From positions 290,176-354,175 of the forward strand of contig CBDEFX010000001.1 in the NCBI GenBank assembly GCA_965237635.1: 64,000 nt of DNA, read 5' to 3'. Positions 44,505 to 53,908 of this stretch are shown here, piece after piece; within the stretch, counting starts at the first letter, position 1, and each line of letters starts with the position of its first letter. Position numbers and translations under genes: made by a program. The stretch is from Dehalococcoidia bacterium (GTDB lineage: Bacteria > Chloroflexota > Dehalococcoidia > Lucifugimonadales > CAUZJF01). The notes beneath the pieces were generated by a model. It had not been told where the DNA came from. It saw only the letters and a list, made by a program, of their open reading frames with translations, and did not search any database.

Positions 44505-46766
44505 CTAGCCCGCGGGTGGAGTGAGCTGTATGATCTTCTGCTCCTCGTCCGTCGCAAGGTCCGGCGCGGAATTCTCGAACTTGGGAAGCCTGGTCCACCG
44601 CTCAGTCTTCTGGATAGTGACACGGGTCGCGGCCCATGCCAGCGCGTCCGTGTTCTCAACGGTCGATGGTGCGAGAATGGAAAGGACGTTGAAGCCACGC
44701 CCCTCGGCGTATCGACCGCCGGCCCTGTGTCCCTGGCCGATCGGGATGGAAACCACATCCGGAGACACGCCGGGGTGCGGGTACGCCAGCGCCTCGATCT
44801 CCCCGTGAGGCGAGACTACCTTGATCACGTCCCCTTCCTTGATATCCATCTCTTCGGCCTTCTTGAGGTTGATCTCGACCCAGGTACGCCAGGTGGCTGT
44901 GGTTATCGGGTCAGGGGTCGCCTGAAGCCACGGCAGGTGGGCGCCCCGACCGTCTGTCAGCGACGCTGACGCGAAGGGTATGAGGTAGAAGCCGTCCGCG
45001 CCACGAGGACCGTCGAACGACGGCTTCTCCCATGTGCGTGGCAGCTCAGGTGGGCTGGGGGCCGGACCCGTGTATCGGGCCGACGTGTCCCACCATCCGC
45101 CGCGCCGTAACACTCCGTTCCAGAACAACCTGAAATTGGGCGCCCTCACCGAACCGGTGCCCTTCTCGAACAGCTGTCTCGCCCCGTCCTCGAGGATTTC
45201 CTTGAATGTTTCGCCAGGCAGGTCAAGGTCAAGGCCCAGCTCCTGCGCCACCGCCATGAGAACGTCAGGGAAGCTCCTGGTCCCATGCAGCTCGTGTTTC
45301 CTGGGAGGCTCAAAGACCGGCCGCACGACTGGCTGCTGGAAGCCGACGGTCTGGTAGCCGGGACCCGGGTCCGGGACATCGCTGCCCCAGTCCTCCAGGT
45401 AGTTGTGCTCAGGCAGGACCAGGTCTGCCATGGCGGTGGTGTCGTCCATGTGCCCAGAGAAGCTGACGATGAGCGGGACGTTGTATGAAGCGTCCCTGAA
45501 CCCGACCCTTCCAGGAATTCCATACATGGGGTCGGCACCTCGGACCATCAGCACCTCTACCCCACTCTGCCTCATCTCATCCGATAGCTCTCGCCAGTCT
45601 GCGAATGGCGAGGTATCCGACGCACTATCTCCGAGAGCCGGGGGCGGGTTGAAAACGATCCCCCCAGGCTTACCGACGCTGCCCACCAGGTAGTTGAGGG
45701 CGTATATCGCGTTGAGGTTGAACAGGCCGTTGGTATGAGCGGCCGATGAGCCGCCTCCGATGGCAAGGCTGGGCCGGTGAGTGGCAAAGTCCCTTGCTAT
45801 TTGGCGAATCCGCTCGGCGTCAGTGCCGATCTCGCCGGCAACAACCTCAGGGTTTGCGAAGCTGAGGTCGACTGTGCCGCCCCCTGTAAGAGCGCTTTTA
45901 GCCTCAGCATCGCCCAGACGATCATCGGATATGATCACCTGGGCGATGCTGAGGGCGAGAAGTCCCTCCTGGCCAGGCTGTACGTAGAGCCATTCGTCGG
46001 CGTTGACACCAGTCATGGAGAGCCGCGAGTCCACGTGCACCATGGTACCGCGTGAGCCGTTGCCCTGTCTGAACTTGCCGTAGCCTCGAGCGTACCGGAT
46101 CGGGGATACCCAGGTGTTGAGGAAGTCGGCGCCAAAGGACAGGATGTACGCGGCGTTGTCGATATCAAAGTCAGGCATCACATCCTGCTGGAACACCTGT
46201 TTCATCGAGGTACGGAGGGTCGTCCGCTCCAGCGGCTCGTAGGAGAAATGACGCCCGTCGATCCCGGAAACGAACTCTCTTACCACCATCCCGAGGTGGG
46301 CGCCCACAGGGTCGGTCGCCATCACGACCGATGCTGGGTCCTTGACCTGTTGTAGCCCGTGGCTTAGGCGTGTGATCGCGTCCCGCCAGCTTATCTCGTC
46401 CCACCGGCCCTCGCCGCGCTCGCCCACCCTGACCAGCGGCGCGCTTATGCGGTCGGGGTGATACAGCGCCTGGAGCCCAGCGTCACAGCGGGCGCTGTGC
46501 TTGCCACGGTTTATAGGGTAGTCGACGTTGCCCTCGATCTTTTTCGCGCGCCCTTCGATCACCCTGACAACGATGCCCTCGCTAGTCGGGCACTGGCGGC
46601 ATAGGGTCGCGTACCAGTTGACGATACCGGTGACCATGTCCTCGGGCATTTGCAGCGGGGCCTGGACTAACAGCTCGTCTTCGGGCACGCCGCACGCCTG
46701 GAATATGACGGCTGTAGCCGCCGAGCCACCCATCAGTTTCAGGAACTGTCTTCTGGTTAACGGCAT
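44505..46766 (-). CDS. actB1: molybdopterin-oxidoreductase-like subunit with Tat signal, ActB1-like
   Basis: Twin-arginine signal TRRQFLKLMGG. Mo-bisPGD-family fold, but the N-terminal Cys cluster looks incomplete (CRQCPTSEG...ARC), as described for ACIII ActB. Confidence 0.8.
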   Translation of the reverse strand: MPLTRRQFLKLMGGSAATAVIFQACGVPEDELLVQAPLQMPEDMVTGIVNWYATLCRQCPTSEGIVVRVIEGRAKKIEGNVDYPINRGKHSARCDAGLQALYHPDRISAPLVRVGERGEGRWDEISWRDAITRLSHGLQQVKDPASVVMATDPVGAHLGMVVREFVSGIDGRHFSYEPLERTTLRTSMKQVFQQDVMPDFDIDNAAYILSFGADFLNTWVSPIRYARGYGKFRQGNGSRGTMVHVDSRLSMTGVNADEWLYVQPGQEGLLALSIAQVIISDDRLGDAEAKSALTGGGTVDLSFANPEVVAGEIGTDAERIRQIARDFATHRPSLAIGGGSSAAHTNGLFNLNAIYALNYLVGSVGKPGGIVFNPPPALGDSASDTSPFADWRELSDEMRQSGVEVLMVRGADPMYGIPGRVGFRDASYNVPLIVSFSGHMDDTTAMADLVLPEHNYLEDWGSDVPDPGPGYQTVGFQQPVVRPVFEPPRKHELHGTRSFPDVLMAVAQELGLDLDLPGETFKEILEDGARQLFEKGTGSVRAPNFRLFWNGVLRRGGWWDTSARYTGPAPSPPELPRTWEKPSFDGPRGADGFYLIPFASASLTDGRGAHLPWLQATPDPITTATWRTWVEINLKKAEEMDIKEGDVIKVVSPHGEIEALAYPHPGVSPDVVSIPIGQGHRAGGRYAEGRGFNVLSILAPSTVENTDALAWAATRVTIQKTERWTRLPKFENSAPDLATDEEQKIIQLTPPAG

Positions 46767-46781
46767 AGTCGTGTCAAGAGT

Positions 46782-47483
46782 CTAGTAGTGGCACGTCGTG
46801 CAATCGGTCGGCGCGCTGTTGTCCCTGTGGCAGTTTACACAATCGCCCATCTTGAGAGGGCGGACCTGCTTCACCTTAACCATACCCGCCACGTCGCCAT
46901 GACAGATCGAACATGTGGCTGACGGGGCAACGTCGATGCTCTGGCCGAGCCTGATATCGGGGTCTATTCTGCCGGCCTCGTCCAACCTCAGCTCAGTGTT
47001 TGAGTCCTTGACGTCTTTCACGACCGTTTTAGACCCGGAGAAGAACCTGATATGAGCCTCATGGACGAAGTGCACATGGTCGGGCAACCTGTGCACGCGC
47101 ACCCAATCGATAGGGTTGCCAGCGGCGTGGATCTCTCGGAGCGTCTCGACCTCGGGCTTGTCGTCACCGACGGTCTTGTGGCAGGTCATACACAGGCCGA
47201 CCGCAGGTACCGTTGCCGCCGCCCCTTTGGTAACGTTTCTATGGCAGAAAGTGCAGTCTAGCCCAAGCTCCCCTACGTGGACAGTGTGGGGAAATGCGAT
47301 GGGTTGGTCGGGGCCCTCGTTGAAGCCAAAAACGTTCAGCGGCATGCCTAACCACGCGGGGATAACGAACGCCACAACGACTAACCCGACAACTGCGCTG
47401 CCAAGGCCGCCGAGGCTCAGAACCCCAAGGATGAGGAGCCGCTTAATGGAGAGCTTCGGTAACTTTGGATCCCCTGGGAGCAA
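46782..47483 (-). CDS. actA: membrane-anchored pentaheme cytochrome c, ActA-like
   Basis: N-terminal TM helix and five CxxCH motifs (CTFCH, CMTCH, CSICH, CVNCH, CTTCH). Confidence 0.85.
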   Translation of the reverse strand: MLPGDPKLPKLSIKRLLILGVLSLGGLGSAVVGLVVVAFVIPAWLGMPLNVFGFNEGPDQPIAFPHTVHVGELGLDCTFCHRNVTKGAAATVPAVGLCMTCHKTVGDDKPEVETLREIHAAGNPIDWVRVHRLPDHVHFVHEAHIRFFSGSKTVVKDVKDSNTELRLDEAGRIDPDIRLGQSIDVAPSATCSICHGDVAGMVKVKQVRPLKMGDCVNCHRDNSAPTDCTTCHY

Positions 47484-47648
47484 AGCCAGCCTGTCCTAGT
47501 TGCCAGATCGATTCTGTAGCGCCATTCCGCCCTAGTTCAACGCCTTTCACTAAAGGTCTGCCGAGGCGCCTCTCATCCGTGTCCCTGACATGGTCATCCA
47601 CGGCCAGGCCTAAAGCAAGTCTCGGACAGTGGACCGCCAACGACGGCC

Positions 47649-47939
47649 CTAGATCCAGTAGTCGTCCCAGAACCTCGACAGGACGTCAGAGAGGTCTATC
47701 GCAAGAATAAGAAAGAAGACCGCGAAGCCAAACAAGGCGACGGCCATGGCATAGAACACCGGCCTCGTTTTCTGCAAGATTTGAGGGAGGTGGAAGGTGG
47801 CCACCAGAGAAGGTATGAAGATATGGCCGATAGTCATGCTTACGCCCGCCGACACTACCAAACCGGCCATTATCCACGTATACCGCAGGAGCTTGCCGAT
47901 ATCCGACCATTCCGCGTTAGCCAACCCGGTGGGGTCCAT
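47649..47939 (-). CDS. small hypothetical membrane protein (96 aa) upstream of actA
   Basis: ATG 47939. Three hydrophobic segments. Function unknown. Confidence 0.45.
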   Translation of the reverse strand: MDPTGLANAEWSDIGKLLRYTWIMAGLVVSAGVSMTIGHIFIPSLVATFHLPQILQKTRPVFYAMAVALFGFAVFFLILAIDLSDVLSRFWDDYWI

Positions 47940-48189
47940 CAACTGCCTTTCTGTGGAGTCAAATGGAGCGCGAAGGCACGCGTTGGGACGCAAGCTTAGT
48001 GAAAATTATCACACCGGAATAGTAGTGTCAAGGTAATCACGACTAGGGCCCAGGGCCCCCACCGATACGCCCAAACCTCCCGATCTTGGGACCTTCAGCC
48101 TTGCTAGAATGGGCGAACGATTGCCTATGTTATGATCGGCCCTTGCAACCCCCGAGACGGTACCGGCGGCACTTGCGAGGAGACCAACA

Positions 48190-49077
48190 ATGAAGACCAA
48201 GATCAGCTTCATCGGGCTAGGGCTCATGGGCAATCCGATGAGCAAGAACTTGATCAAGGCCGGCCACGAGGTCACGGTCTGGAACCGCACAGCCTCCCGG
48301 ATGGACGACGTGGTGGACGCGGGCGCCCAAAGGGCAACGTCCGCAAGGCAGGTGGCCATGCAGTCCGAGGTCATCATTACGATGCTGTCCGACTCACCCG
48401 ATGTTGAGGAAGTAGTCCTGGGAAAGGAAGGGGTAATCGAGGGAGTGACACCAGGCTCCGTGGTCATCGACATGAGCACAATTTCGCCATCCACAACGAG
48501 ATCGATCGCCGACAAGCTAAAGGAAGAGGGCGTCGAGATGATGGATGCCCCCGTCAGCGGCGGCGTCAACGGCGCCGTAAGCGGGACGCTGTCGATCATG
48601 GTAGGTGGTCCGAGACCCGTCTTCGATCGCTGTCTGACGATATTCGAGGCGATGGGGAAAAGGGTCACCTACTGTGGCGACGCCGGTATGGGCCAGATAA
48701 CGAAGCTTGCGAACAACATCGTTGCGCTGGGAAACCTCGCCGCGGCTTGCGAGGGGCTGGTGTTCGCAAAGCGGGCAGGGGCCGACCTCGACACTGTCTT
48801 GAGTGCAATTTCGGGCGGGGCAGCTGACTCATGGATGCTCGAGAACCTTGCGCCGAAGATCCTGGCGCAAGATTTTGAGCCAGGTTTTATGATCGACCTG
48901 GCGGAGAAGGACATGCGCCTTGTCCTTGAATCGGCTGCCGACATGAAGCTGCCGCTTTTCACTACGCCCCAAGTCAGCCGACTGTTCCGGTCGGCCCAGC
49001 AGGCCGGATTCGGCCAGGAGGGGACCCAGGCCTACTTCAAGGTGCTCGAGAAGCTCGCGGACAACGACGCATCGTGA
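48190..49077 (+). CDS. NAD(P)-dependent oxidoreductase, 3-hydroxyisobutyrate / 2-hydroxy-3-oxopropionate reductase family
   Basis: ISFIGLGLMGNPMSKNL Rossmann motif and DAPVSGG. Confidence 0.85.
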   Translation: MKTKISFIGLGLMGNPMSKNLIKAGHEVTVWNRTASRMDDVVDAGAQRATSARQVAMQSEVIITMLSDSPDVEEVVLGKEGVIEGVTPGSVVIDMSTISPSTTRSIADKLKEEGVEMMDAPVSGGVNGAVSGTLSIMVGGPRPVFDRCLTIFEAMGKRVTYCGDAGMGQITKLANNIVALGNLAAACEGLVFAKRAGADLDTVLSAISGGAADSWMLENLAPKILAQDFEPGFMIDLAEKDMRLVLESAADMKLPLFTTPQVSRLFRSAQQAGFGQEGTQAYFKVLEKLADNDAS

Positions 49078-49105
49078 GAGTTGCGGTTCGGCCCATATCG
49101 GGCAT

Positions 49106-49155
49106 ATGTGCCATAATGGCACATACTTGACGGGACGGTTACGATGATATACAAT
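49106..49155 (+). promoter_or_regulatory. perfect palindrome (likely antitoxin operator) abutting a candidate promoter of the HTH-PIN pair
   Basis: atgtgccat-a-atggcacat (49106..49124), then TTGACG (49127..49132)-N17-TACAAT (49150..49155). Confidence 0.5.
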
Positions 49156-49173
49156 GCGAAAGGGTTCAGCTCA

Positions 49174-49578
49174 ATGAGTCGAAAAGGCTATCTCAGTATC
49201 AAGGAAGCGGCGGTCCAGTACGAGGTAAGCAGGGCCAAGCTTCACCGTCTAGTCAGCCTAGGCCGCCTGCACTCGTCAAAAGACCCGCGCGATGAGCGCG
49301 TCACCCTGTTGCGGCTAGAGGAGCTGGAGTCGCTCTTTATGTTCCCGATGGAAGAGGGACCAGATATGGACTACGAGGCTCAAAAACCCGAGACCGGGCA
49401 GACTCCCGGGCGGCTGACCGCAGAGTTGCTGGCCGAGATCAACGCCTTCCGCGTACGCGTTTCGCGGGGCCGAAAGCTGAGCGACAGCACCGAGATCATC
49501 CGCGAGGGAAGGGAGCAGCGCAGCCGGCAGGTGTTTGAGGCGGCGTTCGGCAGGAGTGACGAAGAACCGGACAAGTAG
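49174..49578 (+). CDS. excisionase/MerR-type HTH protein, putative antitoxin of the downstream PIN toxin
   Basis: ATG 49174 (the track start 49144 lies inside the promoter). YLSIKEAAVQYEVSRAKLHRLVSLGRL is an HTH. Confidence 0.6.
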   Translation: MSRKGYLSIKEAAVQYEVSRAKLHRLVSLGRLHSSKDPRDERVTLLRLEELESLFMFPMEEGPDMDYEAQKPETGQTPGRLTAELLAEINAFRVRVSRGRKLSDSTEIIREGREQRSRQVFEAAFGRSDEEPDK

Positions 49579-49581
49579 AGC

Positions 49582-50013
49582 GTGGCGATCGTAGTCGACG
49601 CGAGCGTAGCTCTCAAGTGGGTCCTCGAAGAGGAAAACACGGAGGATGCGATCGCCCTGTTGCACCGGTGGCGTGAGTTGGCGGAGCTGCTACTCGCGCC
49701 TCCTATCTTCAGACCTGAGGTAACGAACGCTCTCCATCGGAGAGTTGGTCGTCAGGAAATCACCCGCGCTCAGGCGATAGATGCCGTGGGCTTCCTCACC
49801 TCTGCAGTCGCGATCCGCGAGCCCCCAGGGATCTACAAAGAGGCCCTCGCGCTGGCCCACGAATTTGGGCTGAAGTATACGTACGATAGTCTGTACGTAG
49901 CGCTGGCCAGGGCAGAAGACTGCGAGCTGTGGACGGCCGACCGTCAGATATTCCGGTCGGCGCAGCCACGATTCCCGCTGGTCCGCTTGCTCGGAGCGCC
50001 CGCGCAACTTTGA
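49582..50013 (+). CDS. vapC: PIN-domain ribonuclease toxin (VapC family)
   Basis: GTG start. AIVVDASVALKWVLEEE and YDSLYVALA...LWTADRQ acidic PIN residues. Begins 3 nt after the upstream stop. Confidence 0.8.
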   Translation: MAIVVDASVALKWVLEEENTEDAIALLHRWRELAELLLAPPIFRPEVTNALHRRVGRQEITRAQAIDAVGFLTSAVAIREPPGIYKEALALAHEFGLKYTYDSLYVALARAEDCELWTADRQIFRSAQPRFPLVRLLGAPAQL

Positions 50014-50093
50014 CCGAATTGGCGGCCGGGACCTCTCGGAACGCCCGCGCACCACACACTTTACCTCCGACAAAGCGGCTCTCCACCCGATTA

Positions 50094-50121
50094 TTGCGTA
50101 TTGTGGACCCGCGGCTATAAT
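50094..50121 (+). promoter_or_regulatory. candidate sigma70-type promoter of the aminotransferase gene
   Basis: TTGCGT-N16-TATAAT, about 48 nt upstream of ATG 50169. Confidence 0.4.
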
Positions 50122-50168
50122 AAACTCGCCCGCAAAGCCGCCACCGTCTTCGGATCGAGAGGAGCTCC

Positions 50169-51497
50169 ATGGTCACAGCTATCGAGCAGCAATACATCGA
50201 CTTGCATCCAAAGTCGGCTGAGTACTACGCCACGTCCAAGGACATCTTCCCTAACGGGGTCACCCACGACGCCAGGACCCTGAAGCCGTTTCCTCACTAC
50301 GTCACTCACGCTTTGGGTCCACACAAATGGGGCGTCGACGGCCAACGCATAATCGACTATCGGACCGGCCATGGGGCGCTGATTCTCGGACACTCGCACC
50401 CAGACATAGTGGCCGCGGTCACGGAGCAGATGGGCAAGGGGACTCACTACAGCGCCTCCACGGAGCTTGAGATACTGTGGGCCCAGTGGATCCAGGAACT
50501 TATCCCATGTGGGGAGAAGGTACGCTTCCACAACTCCGGGACCGAAGCGATCATGATGGCCCTTCGCATGGTAAGGGCATATACAGGCAAGTCCAAGGTT
50601 ATCAAGTTCGAAAATCACTTCCACGGTTGGAGCGACTACATGGTGGTCGATGCAGCTGGGACCGGGGGACTGCCGCCAGAGACCGCCAGCACGATTATCG
50701 TCCTGCCGCCGAACGACGTCTCGATAGTGGAGAAGACACTCAGGGAAAACGACGACGTGGCTGGGATCATCCTAGAGCCAACGGGGGCTCATATGGGGGA
50801 GCAACCTGTCAGGCCCAGCTTCCTCGGAGAGCTCAGAGAGGTCACCGAGAGGTATGGCGTATTACTGATATTCGACGAGGTAGTCACCGGATTCCGTACG
50901 TCCAAGGGCGGCGCGCAGGCACGTTATGGCGTTACGCCCGACCTCGCTACTCTGGCGAAGATAGTCGCCGGTGGACTGCCGGGGGGCGCGGTGACCGGGA
51001 AAGCCGAGCTTATCGACATGATCCAAGTCAGGAACGATCCTGAGTTCAACCGCGAACGTCGCATAGCCCACAACGGGACGTTCAACGCCAACCCCCTGTC
51101 GGCAGCGGCAGGCGGCAAGGCCCTCGAGCTGGTGGCAACGACACCCGTCAATGAGAGGGCCGACGCGATGGCCACCCGCCTGAAGGACGGCCTGAACGAT
51201 CTCCTGTCGAGAATGGAGATTCCCGGCTGCGCCAACGGAGTTGCCTCACTCGTCTTCCTGAACCTCGGAGCGGACCATGAGTGCGACAAGGAGGTCTGCA
51301 TAATGTCCGAGGAGGACCAACAGGTTGTGGAGGACCCCACTCGTGCACACCAACTCCAACTTGCACTCCTAAATCACGGCGTGGACGCCGAGAGGCGCTT
51401 TATCCTGGGCGCGACCCATACTGAGAAGGACATCGACGACACGGTGGATGCTGCCGGGAGGGCTCTGACCGAGCTCAGGGCGGAAGCCCTGGTCTAG
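50169..51497 (+). CDS. class III PLP-dependent aminotransferase (glutamate-1-semialdehyde aminomutase-like)
   Basis: HNSGTEA, DEVVTGFRTSKGGAQARYGVTPDLATLAKIVAGGLPGGA with the PLP lysine. Confidence 0.85.
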   Translation: MVTAIEQQYIDLHPKSAEYYATSKDIFPNGVTHDARTLKPFPHYVTHALGPHKWGVDGQRIIDYRTGHGALILGHSHPDIVAAVTEQMGKGTHYSASTELEILWAQWIQELIPCGEKVRFHNSGTEAIMMALRMVRAYTGKSKVIKFENHFHGWSDYMVVDAAGTGGLPPETASTIIVLPPNDVSIVEKTLRENDDVAGIILEPTGAHMGEQPVRPSFLGELREVTERYGVLLIFDEVVTGFRTSKGGAQARYGVTPDLATLAKIVAGGLPGGAVTGKAELIDMIQVRNDPEFNRERRIAHNGTFNANPLSAAAGGKALELVATTPVNERADAMATRLKDGLNDLLSRMEIPGCANGVASLVFLNLGADHECDKEVCIMSEEDQQVVEDPTRAHQLQLALLNHGVDAERRFILGATHTEKDIDDTVDAAGRALTELRAEALV

Positions 51498-51537
51498 GGA
51501 CACGTGCCGTGGTCACACGGCTCAGGGTGGATAGCCT

Positions 51538-52437
51538 TCAGACAGCGGCCGCCCGCCACAAGAGAAGCGCTCCTACCACACTTAGAACGACACCCATCGT
51601 CATCAGCAGTTTATCCACAGTTACGCGTCCGGTCAGCGTTGCCCCTATGTAGCTACCGACCATCGCGCCGGCCCCCATCAGCACTACCAGCGGGTAGTCA
51701 ACCTGCCCGCCGATCACGTGGCCCATCCACCCCATAGACCCCATCGCAAAGCCGATCAGCAAGTTGGTCCCCGCCGCCGCTCGAGGGTCGAGACGCAAAA
51801 TCCGCATGAGTGCCGGTAGTCGCACGCTGCCCAGAATAAGGCCGACCGCGCCCCCGAGCACGCCCACTGCGAGTCCAACGACCCCTCCGGCGAAAACGCG
51901 CCTGCGACTCAAGACGGCCAGAGCATCTGAGACGCCCTTCAGCATGTTCTGTCCCGTGCCGGTTGCCTCCGGGTGAAGACCTCTGCCGCGTGATATCAGC
52001 TCGACCCCCTGCCACATCACCAACAGCCCCACTAGCAGCACCAGCAAGGACTCAGGCGCCCGCTCGCTGCTGAGTCCACCTAAGAGGCCTCCGACCATGC
52101 TTGGCACGCCCACTGCGAGCGCCACGCGCACGTCTACCCGGCCTTCCCGAAGATGACGCACCGCTCCCGTGAGTGCGCTGGCGGTGCTGACCGCGATGTT
52201 GATACCGGCGGCGACCTGTGGGGCAATCCCAAGCCCGAGCAGGACCGGCAAACGCATCGTCCCCAGAGCCAGGCCCACGAGTCCGCCCAGGATGCCGACA
52301 GCGAAAGAGACGAGTGTGAGAAGCACTGCCTGCCATACGAGGACGTCAGAGGGCAGGCCAAGCTCATCCAGATGCAGGGTCACAGGTCTATCGCCCCGCC
52401 AAGGGACGTCAACCTGCGTCTTGAGGCGGCGAGGCAC
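51538..52437 (-). CDS. sulfite exporter TauE/SafE family membrane protein
   Basis: Two-fold repeated 4-TM pattern with Gly-rich helices. The start is uncertain (a GTG at 52383 is an alternative). Confidence 0.7.
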   Translation of the reverse strand: MPRRLKTQVDVPWRGDRPVTLHLDELGLPSDVLVWQAVLLTLVSFAVGILGGLVGLALGTMRLPVLLGLGIAPQVAAGINIAVSTASALTGAVRHLREGRVDVRVALAVGVPSMVGGLLGGLSSERAPESLLVLLVGLLVMWQGVELISRGRGLHPEATGTGQNMLKGVSDALAVLSRRRVFAGGVVGLAVGVLGGAVGLILGSVRLPALMRILRLDPRAAAGTNLLIGFAMGSMGWMGHVIGGQVDYPLVVLMGAGAMVGSYIGATLTGRVTVDKLLMTMGVVLSVVGALLLWRAAAV

Positions 52438-53908
52438 CGAATCCCGGGCGTCGGCCGCTGGCGGGTCCGGCTGTCGTCCTTATGCTTGCGAAAGCAGACT
52501 GCATCTGGCCGATCTCTTCCTCGGTGGCCGGATGGTAGCCGTAGCAGGCGCGATTGAAGGCGGCCGTAGCCATACGAACGAGGCTCACGGGGAATATTCG
52601 CTCCAGTGTTCCCTGGAACTCACCAGGCGTCGCATTCGGGGGTCGCGGGTAGCCCTTTTCCTTGGCCAGTGTTAGCAAGTCATAGTACATCCGCAACACG
52701 GTCACTGCGCCGGGTGGACCGTCCGGAAGCCTGAAGCCTGCCTTTTTTCTTCCCCCCAGCCGCCAATCGGGGATCAGCTTCCTGAGTAGGTCGCCGATAT
52801 CGGCAGCAAGGTTTACACCTTCGTCTATCGCTTCGGGGGCGCCCCTGCTGCTTCGACGTCCCCACGCAGAGCTGAATCGCCGAAACGTTATGGTCAGCAG
52901 CAGTAATAGAACTGCCAGGACCAGGACCCCAGACAAAAAAATCGCGATCTGAGTCACGACCTCGAAAGTCTCATCGTCGCGTTCTGGGTCGACAACGTCC
53001 GACGTGGTTGTTATCGATTGCAAGGTGTCTAGGAAGAGCTGAGTAGTGGTAGCCGGATCGACCAACGGAAACGGAGCCCCCTGAGCCAGAAACTCTTCGC
53101 TATCACGGCCGAAGAAGCCCGTCACCAGGTTCACGAACTGCTCGAGCAGGAAAAAGAGGGGCGCCGCTATTACAAAGAGAGCCCCCTCAAGCACCGAGGT
53201 CAGCGAACCTGTTAAGAGTGACTGGAGGCCTCCGTGGAACAGTGCTGCGACCAACCCGATAAGCACAACTCCCGAGACCATGGCTGCTATCAGCCTGGGC
53301 CAGGTCCCCGACCTGGCAGACTCCCGAGATTCGGGCATAAGGTGACCGACCGTGAGGCCGCCAAGTGCAGCGGCGAAGAATATGAAGCTCATTGGGAGCG
53401 TGTCGAGCTCCGCGGGATGAAAGACGTCGATCACCATGGCAGGCGCCAGGGCCACCAGCCCGATTCTGAAGCGGAACATCAGGCTGCCGACGGGATCGCC
53501 AGCCTCCGCCATCCTGGAACCCCACCACAAAAGCAGCACCGCTGTGAAGGTGCCAGCTAAAAGCCTCAGCGTGAGATCGTCCGGCGCCGACTCTGAGGCC
53601 AACCTAAAGATCCACCCCAGATCGACGCCTGCCGAACCCAGACCAAAGTGCGCCCCGACCACGGCATAGACAACGACAGCCCAGACTCCCGCTCGAGACA
53701 GGTTTGCGACCCTGGTACCTGCGAAGCGCCCGCGTGCGAAGCGTGCGACGATCATCGATAGCCCTAGAATCGCGAGGACGGACAACCAGTTCAGCGCGCT
53801 GTCTTCCAGTCCTATCGCCAGCGAGACCACGCTCAGCACCGCGAAGAGCCAGGCGCTCTCCGATACCGCGGTGGCCGCGCGGACTAGACTATCCCGCGAG
53901 AATCTCAC
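52409..53908 (-). CDS. polytopic membrane protein with C-terminal DUF4129 domain (copy 1)
   Basis: Likely GTG 53908 with GGAGGA upstream, overlapping the DUF58 stop by 20 nt. C-terminal FRLPDGPPGAVTVLRMYYDLLTLA...AAFNRACYGYHPAT. No transglutaminase Cys-His-Asp core recognised. Confidence 0.7.
   Translation of the reverse strand: MRFSRDSLVRAATAVSESAWLFAVLSVVSLAIGLEDSALNWLSVLAILGLSMIVARFARGRFAGTRVANLSRAGVWAVVVYAVVGAHFGLGSAGVDLGWIFRLASESAPDDLTLRLLAGTFTAVLLLWWGSRMAEAGDPVGSLMFRFRIGLVALAPAMVIDVFHPAELDTLPMSFIFFAAALGGLTVGHLMPESRESARSGTWPRLIAAMVSGVVLIGLVAALFHGGLQSLLTGSLTSVLEGALFVIAAPLFFLLEQFVNLVTGFFGRDSEEFLAQGAPFPLVDPATTTQLFLDTLQSITTTSDVVDPERDDETFEVVTQIAIFLSGVLVLAVLLLLLTITFRRFSSAWGRRSSRGAPEAIDEGVNLAADIGDLLRKLIPDWRLGGRKKAGFRLPDGPPGAVTVLRMYYDLLTLAKEKGYPRPPNATPGEFQGTLERIFPVSLVRMATAAFNRACYGYHPATEEEIGQMQSAFASIRTTAGPASGRRPGFGASPPQDAG

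Noticed and set aside
47530-47560. Single tagttcaacg site upstream of actA as evidence for a shared regulator with the 38886..38929 iterons
   Set aside because: One occurrence of a 7-bp GTTnAAC palindrome is expected by chance in 64 kb.
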